A stretch of 54,750 bases of DNA from a bacterium UBP6_UBA1177. GTDB taxonomy: Bacteria > UBP6 > UBA1177. Positions 1 to 8,871 of the stretch are shown here, in pieces. Numbering within the stretch: position 1 is the first letter of the stretch; each line of letters starts with the position of its first letter. Location: the NCBI GenBank assembly GCA_002310995.1, contig DBYV01000008.1, positions 5,643-60,392 of the forward strand, read 5' to 3'. The position numbers and the translations under genes are program-made. The notes below the pieces were generated by a model, which searched no databases, was not told where the DNA came from, and saw only the letters and a program-made list of their open reading frames with translations.

Positions 1-54
1 ATACTCGGCTCTGTAGGCTCGATCCAGGAAATGTTCAAAAATCTGCCGAAATAG
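1..54 (+). CDS. Possible 3' end of a CDS truncated by the window edge (..ILGSVGSIQEMFKNLPK*)
   Basis: Open frame from base 1 to TAG at 52-54; too short to identify. Confidence 0.3.
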   Translation: MLGSVGSIQEMFKNLPK

Positions 55-127
55 CGGCAAAAAACTCAAGAAATCAAGCTGTAAAATCAATTTTTCAACA
101 AAAACTATCGGGATTTTATTTAAGAAG

Positions 128-214
128 TGGTGCCGAGAACAGGACTTGAACCTGCACGGAGTTGCCCCCACTAGAACCTGAATCTAGCGTGTCTGCCAAT
201 TCCACCATCCCGGC
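128..214 (-). tRNA. tRNA-Leu(CAG), class II with long variable arm and encoded CCA
   Basis: Reverse complement GCCGGGATGGTGGAATTGGCAGACACGCTAGATTCAGGTTCTAGTGGGGGCAACTCCGTGCAGGTTCAAGTCCTGTTCTCGGCACCA; anticodon stem CTAGA/TCTAG with loop TT-CAG-GT; T-loop GTTCAAG. Confidence 0.97.
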
Positions 215-229
215 ACAAAAAGCGCGGTA

Positions 230-256
230 ATTATACTCAAAATGCGTTATAGTCAA
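230..256 (-). promoter_or_regulatory. Putative sigma70 promoter of the tRNA
   Basis: TTGACT-N15-TATAAT on the minus strand, followed by a GC-rich discriminator-like CCGCGC; spacer is short. Confidence 0.45.
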
Positions 257-266
257 GAATTTTCGG

Positions 267-2075
267 CTAATCGCCTGCGAGATGCTTGAGCTGCTCTTTG
301 AGAGCGTTGAATTTTTCTGCCTCTTTTTTCATTTTGTTGATCTCGCTTTCAAGCTCTGCGATTTTTGAGGAAAGTTCTGATTTTTCTTTTTCTGCAGCAT
401 CGATTTTTCCGGCAGCTTCTTCAGCACTCTTTTTGAGAGTTTCTATTTCGGTGTGAGCCGTTTCAAGAGCCTCTTTCGTCTCCATCAGTTTATCAATCTG
501 AGCATTGAGATCCTTGATCCTGTCAAGCTTTTCGGCGTTTTTGCTCTTCAAAGACTCGTTTTCTTTGACGAGTTCGTCATTCTGATCGGTGATTTCCGCC
601 GCTCTTGCAACAGCCTCTTTAAGTTCTTCGATTTCATTCTTCTGAATCAGGAATGCTTTTTCAAGCTCTTCTTTTTCTGCTCTGGTTTTTTCAAACTCAT
701 CAGCGATTATCGTAAGATTTGAGATCGTTTCCTTCAATTCTGCCGCTTCAGCTTCTGACTTTTTGATAAGTTCGGCAGATTCTTCCGACGATTTTTTGAA
801 ATCAGCCTCTTTTTCTTCAATGATTTTTGCCTTTTCTGCCACTTCGTCAGCCGCTTTTTTCAGTGAATCTTCGAGAGTCTTCTTTTCCTCTGCCGCTAAT
901 TCGACAGCTTTTTTGAGATCAGCTATTTCGGAATCATTCTTTTTCACTTTAGCTGTTTCAGCATCGAGCGCCTTTTTCAATTCTTCAGTTTCCTTCTTGT
1001 GTGATTCAAGCAGTTTTTCTTTTTCAGCAGCCGTTGATTTCTTAAATTCTTCAAATGATTTAGAGATTTTATCTTTTTCGACCGAAGCTTCTTTCGTATC
1101 GTTTTCAGCTTTTTTAACTCTTTCTTTCATCTCTTTGTTGTAAACCGAAAGAACATCGTTCTGATCTTTGACTTCGTTGATTTTTTTCTTCAGATCGTCA
1201 ACATCTTTCTGGCTGAAAGAGTTCTTGAGTGTTGCTTCAAGTTCCTGAACCGATTTTTCGAGAGCACTGTTTTTCTTTTCTGCTTCTTCAAATTTTGTGT
1301 TGATTTCGCCCTTTTCGTCCTGAGTTTTTTTCAGTTCGTCTGCAATTTTGTTTTTTTCAGCAGAAACAGTTTCAAGTTGTTTTTTTAGTTCGTCGCGTTC
1401 TTTCGCAGTGTTTTCTCCAGCTGCTACTTTTTCTTCAAGTTCGCTAATCTGTTCTTCAAGATTTTTGATGCGAAGACCTTTCTGCACAATAGCATCTTTA
1501 AGTTCGCCTGTCTCATCCTCTACTTTTGCAGCATCGGAAAGATTTTTCTCAAGTTCGGCAATTTTTTTTGCCTGAACGCGGAGTTTTTCTTCATTTTCCG
1601 AAACCTGTTTGTTCATCGAGTCGAGCTTTTCTGCATCTTCAGCGAGTTTCCCTTTCAGATTGGCAAGTTCTGTTGCATTTTCTTCTGCGGCAAGAGCGTC
1701 AAGGAACGGGTATATCGCATTCATAGAAGCAAGTATCGTTTCATCGTCCGCTGGTATTTTTAAATAATAATCGGCGTGATAGTCGAACTCTCTGTGTCTT
1801 TCGAAAGTCTTTTCATCAGAATTGCTTGAAATAAGCAGAATAGGTCTGGAAGCGTAAAGGCTTAGAGCTCTGATCTTTTTGCAGAGCATAAAACCTTGCA
1901 TTCCGGGATTTTCCGCACGGACTATAAAGGCATTGATCTTTGTTTTGTCGAGAATTTCCTGAACTTTTTCTTCGGAATCCGCAACCAGAACGGAAAAGCC
2001 GAATTGCTCAAAAAGAGCCGAAAGATTTCCGGCACTTACCTGATCAGATTCATAAATAAGTAGGTTTTTGCTCAT
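267..2075 (-). CDS. FrzS-like protein: N-terminal pseudo-receiver domain plus ~470-aa coiled coil
   Basis: MSKNLLIYESD...GFMLCKKI...FERHREFDYHADYYLKIP resembles the recalled M. xanthus FrzS receiver; phospho-Asp site is not Asp (AFIVRAE); rest is E/K-rich heptads. Confidence 0.75.
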   Translation of the reverse strand: MSKNLLIYESDQVSAGNLSALFEQFGFSVLVADSEEKVQEILDKTKINAFIVRAENPGMQGFMLCKKIRALSLYASRPILLISSNSDEKTFERHREFDYHADYYLKIPADDETILASMNAIYPFLDALAAEENATELANLKGKLAEDAEKLDSMNKQVSENEEKLRVQAKKIAELEKNLSDAAKVEDETGELKDAIVQKGLRIKNLEEQISELEEKVAAGENTAKERDELKKQLETVSAEKNKIADELKKTQDEKGEINTKFEEAEKKNSALEKSVQELEATLKNSFSQKDVDDLKKKINEVKDQNDVLSVYNKEMKERVKKAENDTKEASVEKDKISKSFEEFKKSTAAEKEKLLESHKKETEELKKALDAETAKVKKNDSEIADLKKAVELAAEEKKTLEDSLKKAADEVAEKAKIIEEKEADFKKSSEESAELIKKSEAEAAELKETISNLTIIADEFEKTRAEKEELEKAFLIQKNEIEELKEAVARAAEITDQNDELVKENESLKSKNAEKLDRIKDLNAQIDKLMETKEALETAHTEIETLKKSAEEAAGKIDAAEKEKSELSSKIAELESEINKMKKEAEKFNALKEQLKHLAGD

Positions 2076-2088
2076 AATAGATCCTCTG

Positions 2089-2541
2089 CTATTTGTTTTT
2101 AAAAGCTGAAAGTTTTTTTTCTATTGCAAAAATCGAACCCAGACCGTTGTCTTTAAGAACCTTCAAAAAGGCTGTGCCGCCAAGAGGAAGGATCTTTAGA
2201 TAACCGTGGAGAGTCAGTTTTAAAAAGTTTGCATAAATAACCAAATCTACTTTTTCCTTTTCGTCAGTAAGCAGTTTTGCCGCAAAAGTCAGAAAATCCT
2301 GAACTGTTAAGGCTGAGGTGTCTTCTGAAAACAACTTAGTGAAAACTTCTTCCGGCATGGAAACGGTAAAATCTGGTTTTTCACTACCCAATTCACGGAA
2401 CGAAATTCCGCACTTTTCACGTGAAACAATTACCTTTTCACCGCATTCAAGCGAAACTCCGAACGATGCTCCTTTAGACAGAGATCCAAGGATTTTCATT
2501 ACCGCGTCGTTCTTTCGGACTGCTTCTTCTACAGAAATCAT
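2089..2541 (-). CDS. Hypothetical protein, possibly SCP2 sterol-carrier-like fold
   Basis: 150 aa; PDFTVSMPEEVFTKL segment is typical of SCP2-like domains; 13 bp upstream of the FrzS-like gene. Confidence 0.5.
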   Translation of the reverse strand: MISVEEAVRKNDAVMKILGSLSKGASFGVSLECGEKVIVSREKCGISFRELGSEKPDFTVSMPEEVFTKLFSEDTSALTVQDFLTFAAKLLTDEKEKVDLVIYANFLKLTLHGYLKILPLGGTAFLKVLKDNGLGSIFAIEKKLSAFKNK

Positions 2542-2748
2542 ACACTGAACCTCTCAACAAAAGAGCTTGTTTTTGTATCATAACCCGCTTTTTTTTGCAA
2601 GAAATTAAGATTTCGCTCGTTTTTTTTCGCAATTTGAATATAATTAAGGCGCCGCATATTCTTGTCGGTATTTCGTAATATCGTTATTTCGATATTCCGA
2701 CGGCGCAAATCGTTATTAACGACAAAAGCGGTAAAAAAAGGAGATTTT

Positions 2749-3579
2749 ATGAAATTCTCAATCGTAATTCCGAGTTACAATCAGGCTGAATTTTTAGAAA
2801 GAACCCTGCTTTCTGTCATAAATCAGGGAGTTGAAACGGAAATCATAGTTATTGACGGCGGTTCGACCGACAATTCAGTTGAAATCATCAAAAAATACGA
2901 GGACAAAATCGCTTACTGGGTTTCGGAAAAGGACCGCGGGCAAAGTCATGCGCTGAACAAAGGTTTCGCTCATGCGACCGGTGACGTTTTCGGCTGGCAG
3001 AACAGCGACGACGTCTACATGCCAGGCGCTTTCAGGAAAGTTCAGGATGTTTTTGAAAAATTTCCCGACAAAAAAATCGTTTACGGCAACTGGTACGAGA
3101 TCGATGAGAATGACAACGTTATCGACAAGACTTATTCCGCGCCGAAGCCGAGAATCCCGCATTTTTCATACGAAGGGTTCGACTGTTACAACCAGACTAT
3201 GTTCTGGAGAAGAAGCGTTCACGAAAAGTTCGGACAGCACGATGAAAGACTTCATATGCTTATGGACGGTGACATGATTTTCCGCTTCATTTTTCAGGAA
3301 GGAGTCGATTCTTTCTATAAAATCAATGATTTTCTTGCTGCTTTCAGGCGTACTTCAACACAGAAAAGCCCTGACGACCACTTGAATGAAACGACGATCC
3401 TGAATGAAAAAATGCTCGCCGAAAAATTCGGATTTCCGCCGGAAAACAGTTTTGCCGGAAAATATTACCGCGTATGCCACAGATTCGCTAAACTCTGGTG
3501 GCATCTGACCCAGGGCGGCATCCGTTACACCTTGCACAAGTTCTGGCGCGGCTACAGAAAAAGAGGAAAAATCTTCTGA
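2749..3579 (+). CDS. Glycosyltransferase family 2
   Basis: SIVIPSYNQ, IDGGSTD, DRGQSHALNKG, NSDD motifs; AAGGAG RBS before ATG 2749. Confidence 0.92.
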   Translation: MKFSIVIPSYNQAEFLERTLLSVINQGVETEIIVIDGGSTDNSVEIIKKYEDKIAYWVSEKDRGQSHALNKGFAHATGDVFGWQNSDDVYMPGAFRKVQDVFEKFPDKKIVYGNWYEIDENDNVIDKTYSAPKPRIPHFSYEGFDCYNQTMFWRRSVHEKFGQHDERLHMLMDGDMIFRFIFQEGVDSFYKINDFLAAFRRTSTQKSPDDHLNETTILNEKMLAEKFGFPPENSFAGKYYRVCHRFAKLWWHLTQGGIRYTLHKFWRGYRKRGKIF

Positions 3580-4748
3580 TGAAAGTCGTTTCGATCACCA
3601 CCGCGTTTCCGAGAAGCGAAAACGACGTTCTCATTCCGTGGATAATCCGATTGATCAATCTTTTGAAAGAGAAGGGAGTCGAAACTGACGTTTTTACTTC
3701 GTCATACTGCGGAAGAAAAAGCGAAAAATCCAACAATATCAATGTTTTCCGATTCAGATACTTCTTCAAAAAGTGGGAAAAACTGAGCCACGACATGTCT
3801 GTCCCGGAAAAGCTGAAAAGCAATAAATTCTATTTTTTTGTTCTGCCTTTTTTTATGATTTCCGGAATGATTTCGGCCAGAAAATTCGCAAAAAATAACG
3901 ATTTTGACCTGATTCACGTCCATTTTCCGTTTCCGCTTGCCCTTTTCGGCATAGCAATGAAACGTATTTCAAAGAAACCGCTTGTTATGACCTGCCACGG
4001 AAGCGAGGTTAACATGGCTAAAAAGAACCTTGTTTTCCGCAAGATTTTCAAGTGGATGCTCGTTTATGCCGACTCTGTCACGGTGAATTCGACTTTTATG
4101 AAAAACGAACTTTCAAAAATTATTCCGGCAAAGGAAATTGAAATAATCCCGATGGGTTCAGGTATCGGCGATATTTCAGAAAAAGCTTTGAAAAAAGAGC
4201 GTAAAACAAAAACTAACCTTCTTTTTGTAGGACGTTTAATCGAAGTGAAAGGAACAAAGTATCTTGTCGAAGCGATGAAGCTGCTTGAAGCAGAAAAATT
4301 CGAGCTTCATATCGCCGGAGACGGCCCGGAAAGAGAAAATTTAGAAAAAATTGCTCCGAAAAATGTTGTTTTCCATGGTTATCAGACAGGAAAAAATCTT
4401 GAAGAATTATACCGAAATGCCGATATTTTTATTCTTCCTTCAATCGTGGATGATGCCGGATATACCGAAGGTCTGGGAACTGTTCTTCTTGAAGCGGCGA
4501 ATTTCTCGATTCCTGTGATCGGAACAAATGTCGGCGGGATTCCCGACATAATCAAGGACGGAGAAACAGGGATTCTGGTTCCGCAGAAAGATCCAAAAGC
4601 TATAAGCGAAGCGGTGAAAAAACTCGCTGAAAACCCTCAACTTTGTGAAAATCTTGTTAAAAATGCTAAAAAGCATCTGGAAAAATCGTTTTCCTGGGAA
4701 TCTATCACGGAAAAATTTTTCAAAATTTACTCATCTTTGGCAAAATAA
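3579..4748 (+). CDS. Glycosyltransferase family 4
   Basis: FVGRLIEVKG, EGLGTVLLEA (EX7E), GGIPDII; TGATG overlap with the upstream GT2. Confidence 0.92.
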   Translation: MKVVSITTAFPRSENDVLIPWIIRLINLLKEKGVETDVFTSSYCGRKSEKSNNINVFRFRYFFKKWEKLSHDMSVPEKLKSNKFYFFVLPFFMISGMISARKFAKNNDFDLIHVHFPFPLALFGIAMKRISKKPLVMTCHGSEVNMAKKNLVFRKIFKWMLVYADSVTVNSTFMKNELSKIIPAKEIEIIPMGSGIGDISEKALKKERKTKTNLLFVGRLIEVKGTKYLVEAMKLLEAEKFELHIAGDGPERENLEKIAPKNVVFHGYQTGKNLEELYRNADIFILPSIVDDAGYTEGLGTVLLEAANFSIPVIGTNVGGIPDIIKDGETGILVPQKDPKAISEAVKKLAENPQLCENLVKNAKKHLEKSFSWESITEKFFKIYSSLAK

Positions 4749-4825
4749 AAACAATATTTCTACCAATCCGATTTTATTGATGTTTTTTTAATATATGGTA
4801 AAACTCTCCGTTTTTTGAAAAAGGA

Positions 4826-6574
4826 GTGCTGATGAAAATAGAGCTTACCGTTCCGATTCTTCTCGATATGCTTGAAGAATATTCGGTTATAGACAAAAAT
4901 CTGAAGGAGCTGATTGTAGCAAGGCGCGACTACTATGAATCAATGTATCAGGGTAAATTCCGCCGAGAGCCTTTTGTGACGGAACTTGTCTCTTTCGCCT
5001 GCGAAAACGAAGGTGTTAAGTGCGACGAAGAGCAGATTTTGAAACTTATAGCTGCACGAAGCGGATGCGAATACATTGTAATCGACCCGCTCAAAATTGA
5101 CTCGCAGCTCGCGACTAAAACGATAAGCGTAAAATACGGCAGAATAAACCGTCTGATTCCGCTTTACAAAGAGGGAGATTCCATTGTGGTTGCAATGGCT
5201 GACCCGTTCAGACTGGATCTGATCGACCAGCTTTCTACAAGCAGCGGTTGCGACATAATTCCCGTTGTTGCTTCGGCGCGCGAGATCGAAAAAACTATTG
5301 ATGACCTTTTCGGCTTCAACAAGTCGATAAAAGCTGCTGCCGACGATAATGCGAAGGAAAACTTCAATAATCTTGAAAATTTAACTGGTCTGGGTCAGGC
5401 AAAGAATATGGACGACAAGCACATCATCAATGCTGTCGACTATATGCTGAAATACGCTATCGAGCAAGAGGCAAGCGACATCCACATAGAGCCGAAGCCG
5501 ACTGAAACTCACATCCGTTTCAGGCTTGACGGAATTCTCCACACGATTTATTCGTTTCCGGCAGAAGCTCACCTGCCGTTTCTGAGCCGTCTCAAAATGC
5601 TCGCAAAGATGGATATTGCCGAAAAAAGAAGACCGCAGGACGGCAGAATCAAAGTTCTTACCGAAACAGGCCAGACCGTTGAGCTTCGTGCTAGCACAAT
5701 CCCCGTAGTAAGCGGCGAGAAAATGGTTCTCAGAATCTTGGAATCAGGCAATTTTATCAAAGATATCAGTAACATAGGCTTTACAGACGAGCAGAAGAAG
5801 TCGTTCGAAGAAGCGATGAAAAAATCCTACGGAATGGTGCTTGTCACCGGTCCGACGGGAAGCGGTAAATCAACAACTCTCTACTCGACTTTGAAAACAA
5901 TGGCTTCTCCCGACATCAATATAATTTCTGTCGAAGACCCGATAGAAATCGTGATCGACGAAATCAATCAGATGGGTGTCAACGTCAAGGCGGGAATCAC
6001 TTTTTCAAGTGCGTTGCGCCATATTTTAAGACAGGACCCCGACATTGTCATGATAGGCGAAATCCGCGACAAGGAAACCGCGGCGAATGCAGTCCAAGCT
6101 GCATTGACAGGGCATCTGGTGCTTTCAACGCTTCACACGAACGATACTGCAACAGCTGTTGAAAGACTCGGCGATCTGGGAGTTGAGCCTTTCCTGATTG
6201 CAAGCGTTCTAAATGCTGTTGTTGCGCAGAGACTTGTAAGAAAGGTTTGTCCGCACTGTGCATATACCCGCGAAATGACCGAGGAAGAAAAAATCACGTT
6301 GCATCTTCCGCTTGAGCACACCTACAAAATCCGCGATTCGGAAGGGTGTGTCAAATGTCGTTTCACGGGATACAAAGGAAGAACTGCGATTGTCGAATAC
6401 ATGCCGGTAACGGCAAAAATGCGCTCACTCATTTCAAGCGGCGCGACAACTGAAGAACTTCGCAACAACGCAGTTATGGACGGAATGATGACTTTGAAAG
6501 AATCGGCAATAAGGAAACTTGCCGACGGTGTTACGACTTTCAGTGAAATTGTAAAAGCGCTTTATTACGACTGA
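4826..6574 (+). CDS. PilB/GspE-family type IV pilus / type II secretion ATPase
   Basis: ASDIHIEP, RRPQDG, Walker A GPTGSGKST, VEDPIE, LRQDPDIVMIGEIRD, TGHLVLSTLH, CPHC..CVKC zinc motif. Confidence 0.93.
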   Translation: MLMKIELTVPILLDMLEEYSVIDKNLKELIVARRDYYESMYQGKFRREPFVTELVSFACENEGVKCDEEQILKLIAARSGCEYIVIDPLKIDSQLATKTISVKYGRINRLIPLYKEGDSIVVAMADPFRLDLIDQLSTSSGCDIIPVVASAREIEKTIDDLFGFNKSIKAAADDNAKENFNNLENLTGLGQAKNMDDKHIINAVDYMLKYAIEQEASDIHIEPKPTETHIRFRLDGILHTIYSFPAEAHLPFLSRLKMLAKMDIAEKRRPQDGRIKVLTETGQTVELRASTIPVVSGEKMVLRILESGNFIKDISNIGFTDEQKKSFEEAMKKSYGMVLVTGPTGSGKSTTLYSTLKTMASPDINIISVEDPIEIVIDEINQMGVNVKAGITFSSALRHILRQDPDIVMIGEIRDKETAANAVQAALTGHLVLSTLHTNDTATAVERLGDLGVEPFLIASVLNAVVAQRLVRKVCPHCAYTREMTEEEKITLHLPLEHTYKIRDSEGCVKCRFTGYKGRTAIVEYMPVTAKMRSLISSGATTEELRNNAVMDGMMTLKESAIRKLADGVTTFSEIVKALYYD

Positions 6575-6599
6575 TTTTTATATTTGGGAAGGTGAAGAG

Positions 6600-7814
6600 A
6601 TGAAGATTTTTTCCGTGTTTTCGGTTTTTCCGATACTCTTGACACTTTTTGTGTTCACGGCATGCAGCAACGGCATTGAAGGCTTTCAGACAAGTGACCG
6701 TATGCTCTCCCTTACGACTTTCAACGCAAAAATGACCGATGATCTTGCCTTCAAAGTCAAAAGGTTTAAAAAAATGAAGAGTGTTATGGCTGAAAACTCG
6801 AGCGATATTCTCTGTATTCAGGATCTTTACGGTGACAAGGTTCTTGATGAAGTCCGCAATATGCTCAAGAACAGCTACGGTTACGACTACGCACTTTATG
6901 CAAAGACAAGCAACGAAGATGAGGATCTTGAATTTACCGAGGCGCAGACCATTCCGGCGTCATGCACTATGGAAGATCTTTCGCCAATAATTTCATGCGT
7001 TATGACAAACTGCTCCGATTATGACGCGGCCTGCATCGTGCAGAACTGCTGGCAGTCGTTCCTTGAACTTTCGGGAGAGTGCCGAAACTGCATGTTAGGA
7101 AACGGAATCGAAGCTATTGCGAACGGCAATTATCAGGAAATTCTTGAAACATGTATGCAGGATACAAGAATTCCGGCAAAAAAACTTGAATATGAATTTT
7201 CCGGAAACAGCGGCATTCTTCTTGCATCTAAACTTCCGATGTCAGATAAAACTCCTGTAAAATTGAGATCTTATGGCAGAATGAGAACTGCTGTTGCGGC
7301 AACTGTAGAAAAAGACGGTATCGGAAAAATACAGGTCATTTGCACTGCTCTCTCGCCTTTGAGTGAAACTGAATACGACGGTTTCGGTGAAAGCTGGGAA
7401 GACGAGCAGATGACACAGATTGAGCAGATTCTCGCTATTCCTGTTAAGGAAGATGTTGTCCAGCGTGTAATTCTTGGCGATTTTGACGGAAATATCTCGG
7501 CAGGAAGCATTCGCGAACACAATCCGGGACCAGTAGCGCTTCTTGAAGAAAACGGCTGGTACGACCCATATTTTGATGTGAACTATAAGGAAGATATTGA
7601 TTGTACGCTCTGTTCCGACAATCCTTTTGTTTCGGATGAAACGCATGATGCTGTTCCTGATCACATCTTTTTCATGAATAAAGACGGTTACGAATTCTCG
7701 TCAAGCCGCATATTTCTCAACGAATTTGTCGAATTCAATGATAAAGAAATGACAAAAACAAGATATTCCGTTTCCGACCACTACGGCATAACCACCACAA
7801 TGACCGTGGAATAA
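6600..7814 (+). CDS. Endonuclease/exonuclease/phosphatase (EEP)-family lipoprotein with Cys-rich insert
   Basis: Lipobox FTAC; LTTFN, ILCIQD, ILGDFD, PDHIF, SDHYG motifs; Cys-rich insert. Confidence 0.75.
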   Translation: MKIFSVFSVFPILLTLFVFTACSNGIEGFQTSDRMLSLTTFNAKMTDDLAFKVKRFKKMKSVMAENSSDILCIQDLYGDKVLDEVRNMLKNSYGYDYALYAKTSNEDEDLEFTEAQTIPASCTMEDLSPIISCVMTNCSDYDAACIVQNCWQSFLELSGECRNCMLGNGIEAIANGNYQEILETCMQDTRIPAKKLEYEFSGNSGILLASKLPMSDKTPVKLRSYGRMRTAVAATVEKDGIGKIQVICTALSPLSETEYDGFGESWEDEQMTQIEQILAIPVKEDVVQRVILGDFDGNISAGSIREHNPGPVALLEENGWYDPYFDVNYKEDIDCTLCSDNPFVSDETHDAVPDHIFFMNKDGYEFSSSRIFLNEFVEFNDKEMTKTRYSVSDHYGITTTMTVE

Positions 7815-7844
7815 CACGCGGGTTCACTTCGTTTTGACTTAAAT

Positions 7845-7872
7845 TTGACAATTCCGATATATCGGTTAAAAC
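7845..7872 (+). promoter_or_regulatory. Putative acpP promoter with a palindrome in the spacer
   Basis: TTGACA(7845)-N16-TAAAAC(7867); perfect palindrome CCGATATATCGG at 7854-7865. Confidence 0.5.
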
Positions 7873-7913
7873 AGCGCGTCGTTTTTTGAGTATTATGAAA
7901 TTTGGGGGATACA

Positions 7914-8162
7914 ATGGAAAGAAACGAAGTTCTGGAAAAGGTTATAAAACTGACCAAAGAGAAACTTGTTGTAAAAAAGAATATCGAAATAACTGAAAAC
8001 ACCCGTTTTCAGGAAGATCTCAACGCCGATTCAATCGACATCACCGATTTCGTCATGGAACTTGAAAATGTTTTCGAACTGAAAATTTCCGACAAGGATA
8101 TGGAAAACATTAAGACTGTCCGCGACGCTGTCGATCTTATTTACGCGAAAAAATCGAAATAA
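7914..8162 (+). CDS. acpP: Acyl carrier protein
   Basis: EDLNADSID phosphopantetheine motif; small acidic protein. Confidence 0.93.
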   Translation: MERNEVLEKVIKLTKEKLVVKKNIEITENTRFQEDLNADSIDITDFVMELENVFELKISDKDMENIKTVRDAVDLIYAKKSK

Positions 8163-8219
8163 TTTTTTCACTCACATTTCTTTAAATTAAATAAAAATCT
8201 TATATAATGACGCGGTTTT

Positions 8220-8870
8220 ATGAAAATTGACGCGGAGTTTGCTTTGAACGACTCAAATTATCTTAATCACGGCAAGATTTTTGTTATTTCGGCTCCGTCC
8301 GGCGCAGGAAAAACCACTTTGGTCGGATTGCTGAAAAAACGCTTTCCTCTTCTTGCGGAATCGGTTTCATGCACGACAAGAAAGCCGCGCGGACACGAAG
8401 TTGACGGCATCGACTACTTTTTTCTTTCAAAGGAAGATTTTTTCAAAAAGAGAGAAGCAGGGCTTTTCGCCGAATGGGCAGAAGTCCACGGAAATTTCTA
8501 CGGAACACCGCTCGATTTCCTGCGGAAACAGCTTGATTCGGGCAAAGACATTATCTGCGACATCGACTATCAGGGAGCGATAAACATCAAAAAAGCCTTT
8601 CCGAAGGAGGCCGTTCTGATTCTTGTGCTGCCGCCTTCGATGGAAGAACTTGAATCGAGGCTCCGTCTGAGAGCGACCGATGACCCTGAAGTTATAAAAA
8701 CGCGGCTTCACAATGCTAAAAACGAGATTCTGCATTACCCTCATTTTGATTTTGTGGTTGTGAATAAAGATCTCAATGCTGCCGCTGCACAGCTTTCCGC
8801 CATAATTTCTGCGCACACAGACTCTTCGATTTTCCACAATTTGGAAACTATAAGGAAACTTACGGAGTAA
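8220..8870 (+). CDS. gmk: Guanylate kinase (true start may be TTG 8244)
   Basis: SAPSGAGKTT, SCTTRKPR, EVDGIDYFF, HGNFYGT. Confidence 0.96.
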   Translation: MKIDAEFALNDSNYLNHGKIFVISAPSGAGKTTLVGLLKKRFPLLAESVSCTTRKPRGHEVDGIDYFFLSKEDFFKKREAGLFAEWAEVHGNFYGTPLDFLRKQLDSGKDIICDIDYQGAINIKKAFPKEAVLILVLPPSMEELESRLRLRATDDPEVIKTRLHNAKNEILHYPHFDFVVVNKDLNAAAAQLSAIISAHTDSSIFHNLETIRKLTE

Positions 8871-8871
8871 A

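Noticed and set aside
128-266. tRNA-Leu as an integration site for an island
   Set aside because: No integrase and no duplicated tRNA 3' end noticed within the window
267-1700. Low-complexity periodicity in the first CDS as a DNA repeat
   Set aside because: Explained by E/K-rich coiled-coil coding; no exact nucleotide repeats seen
8208-8235. Direct repeat TGACGCGG twice, 20 bp apart, before gmk
   Set aside because: Only two 8-bp copies, one overlapping the probable RBS; could be chance
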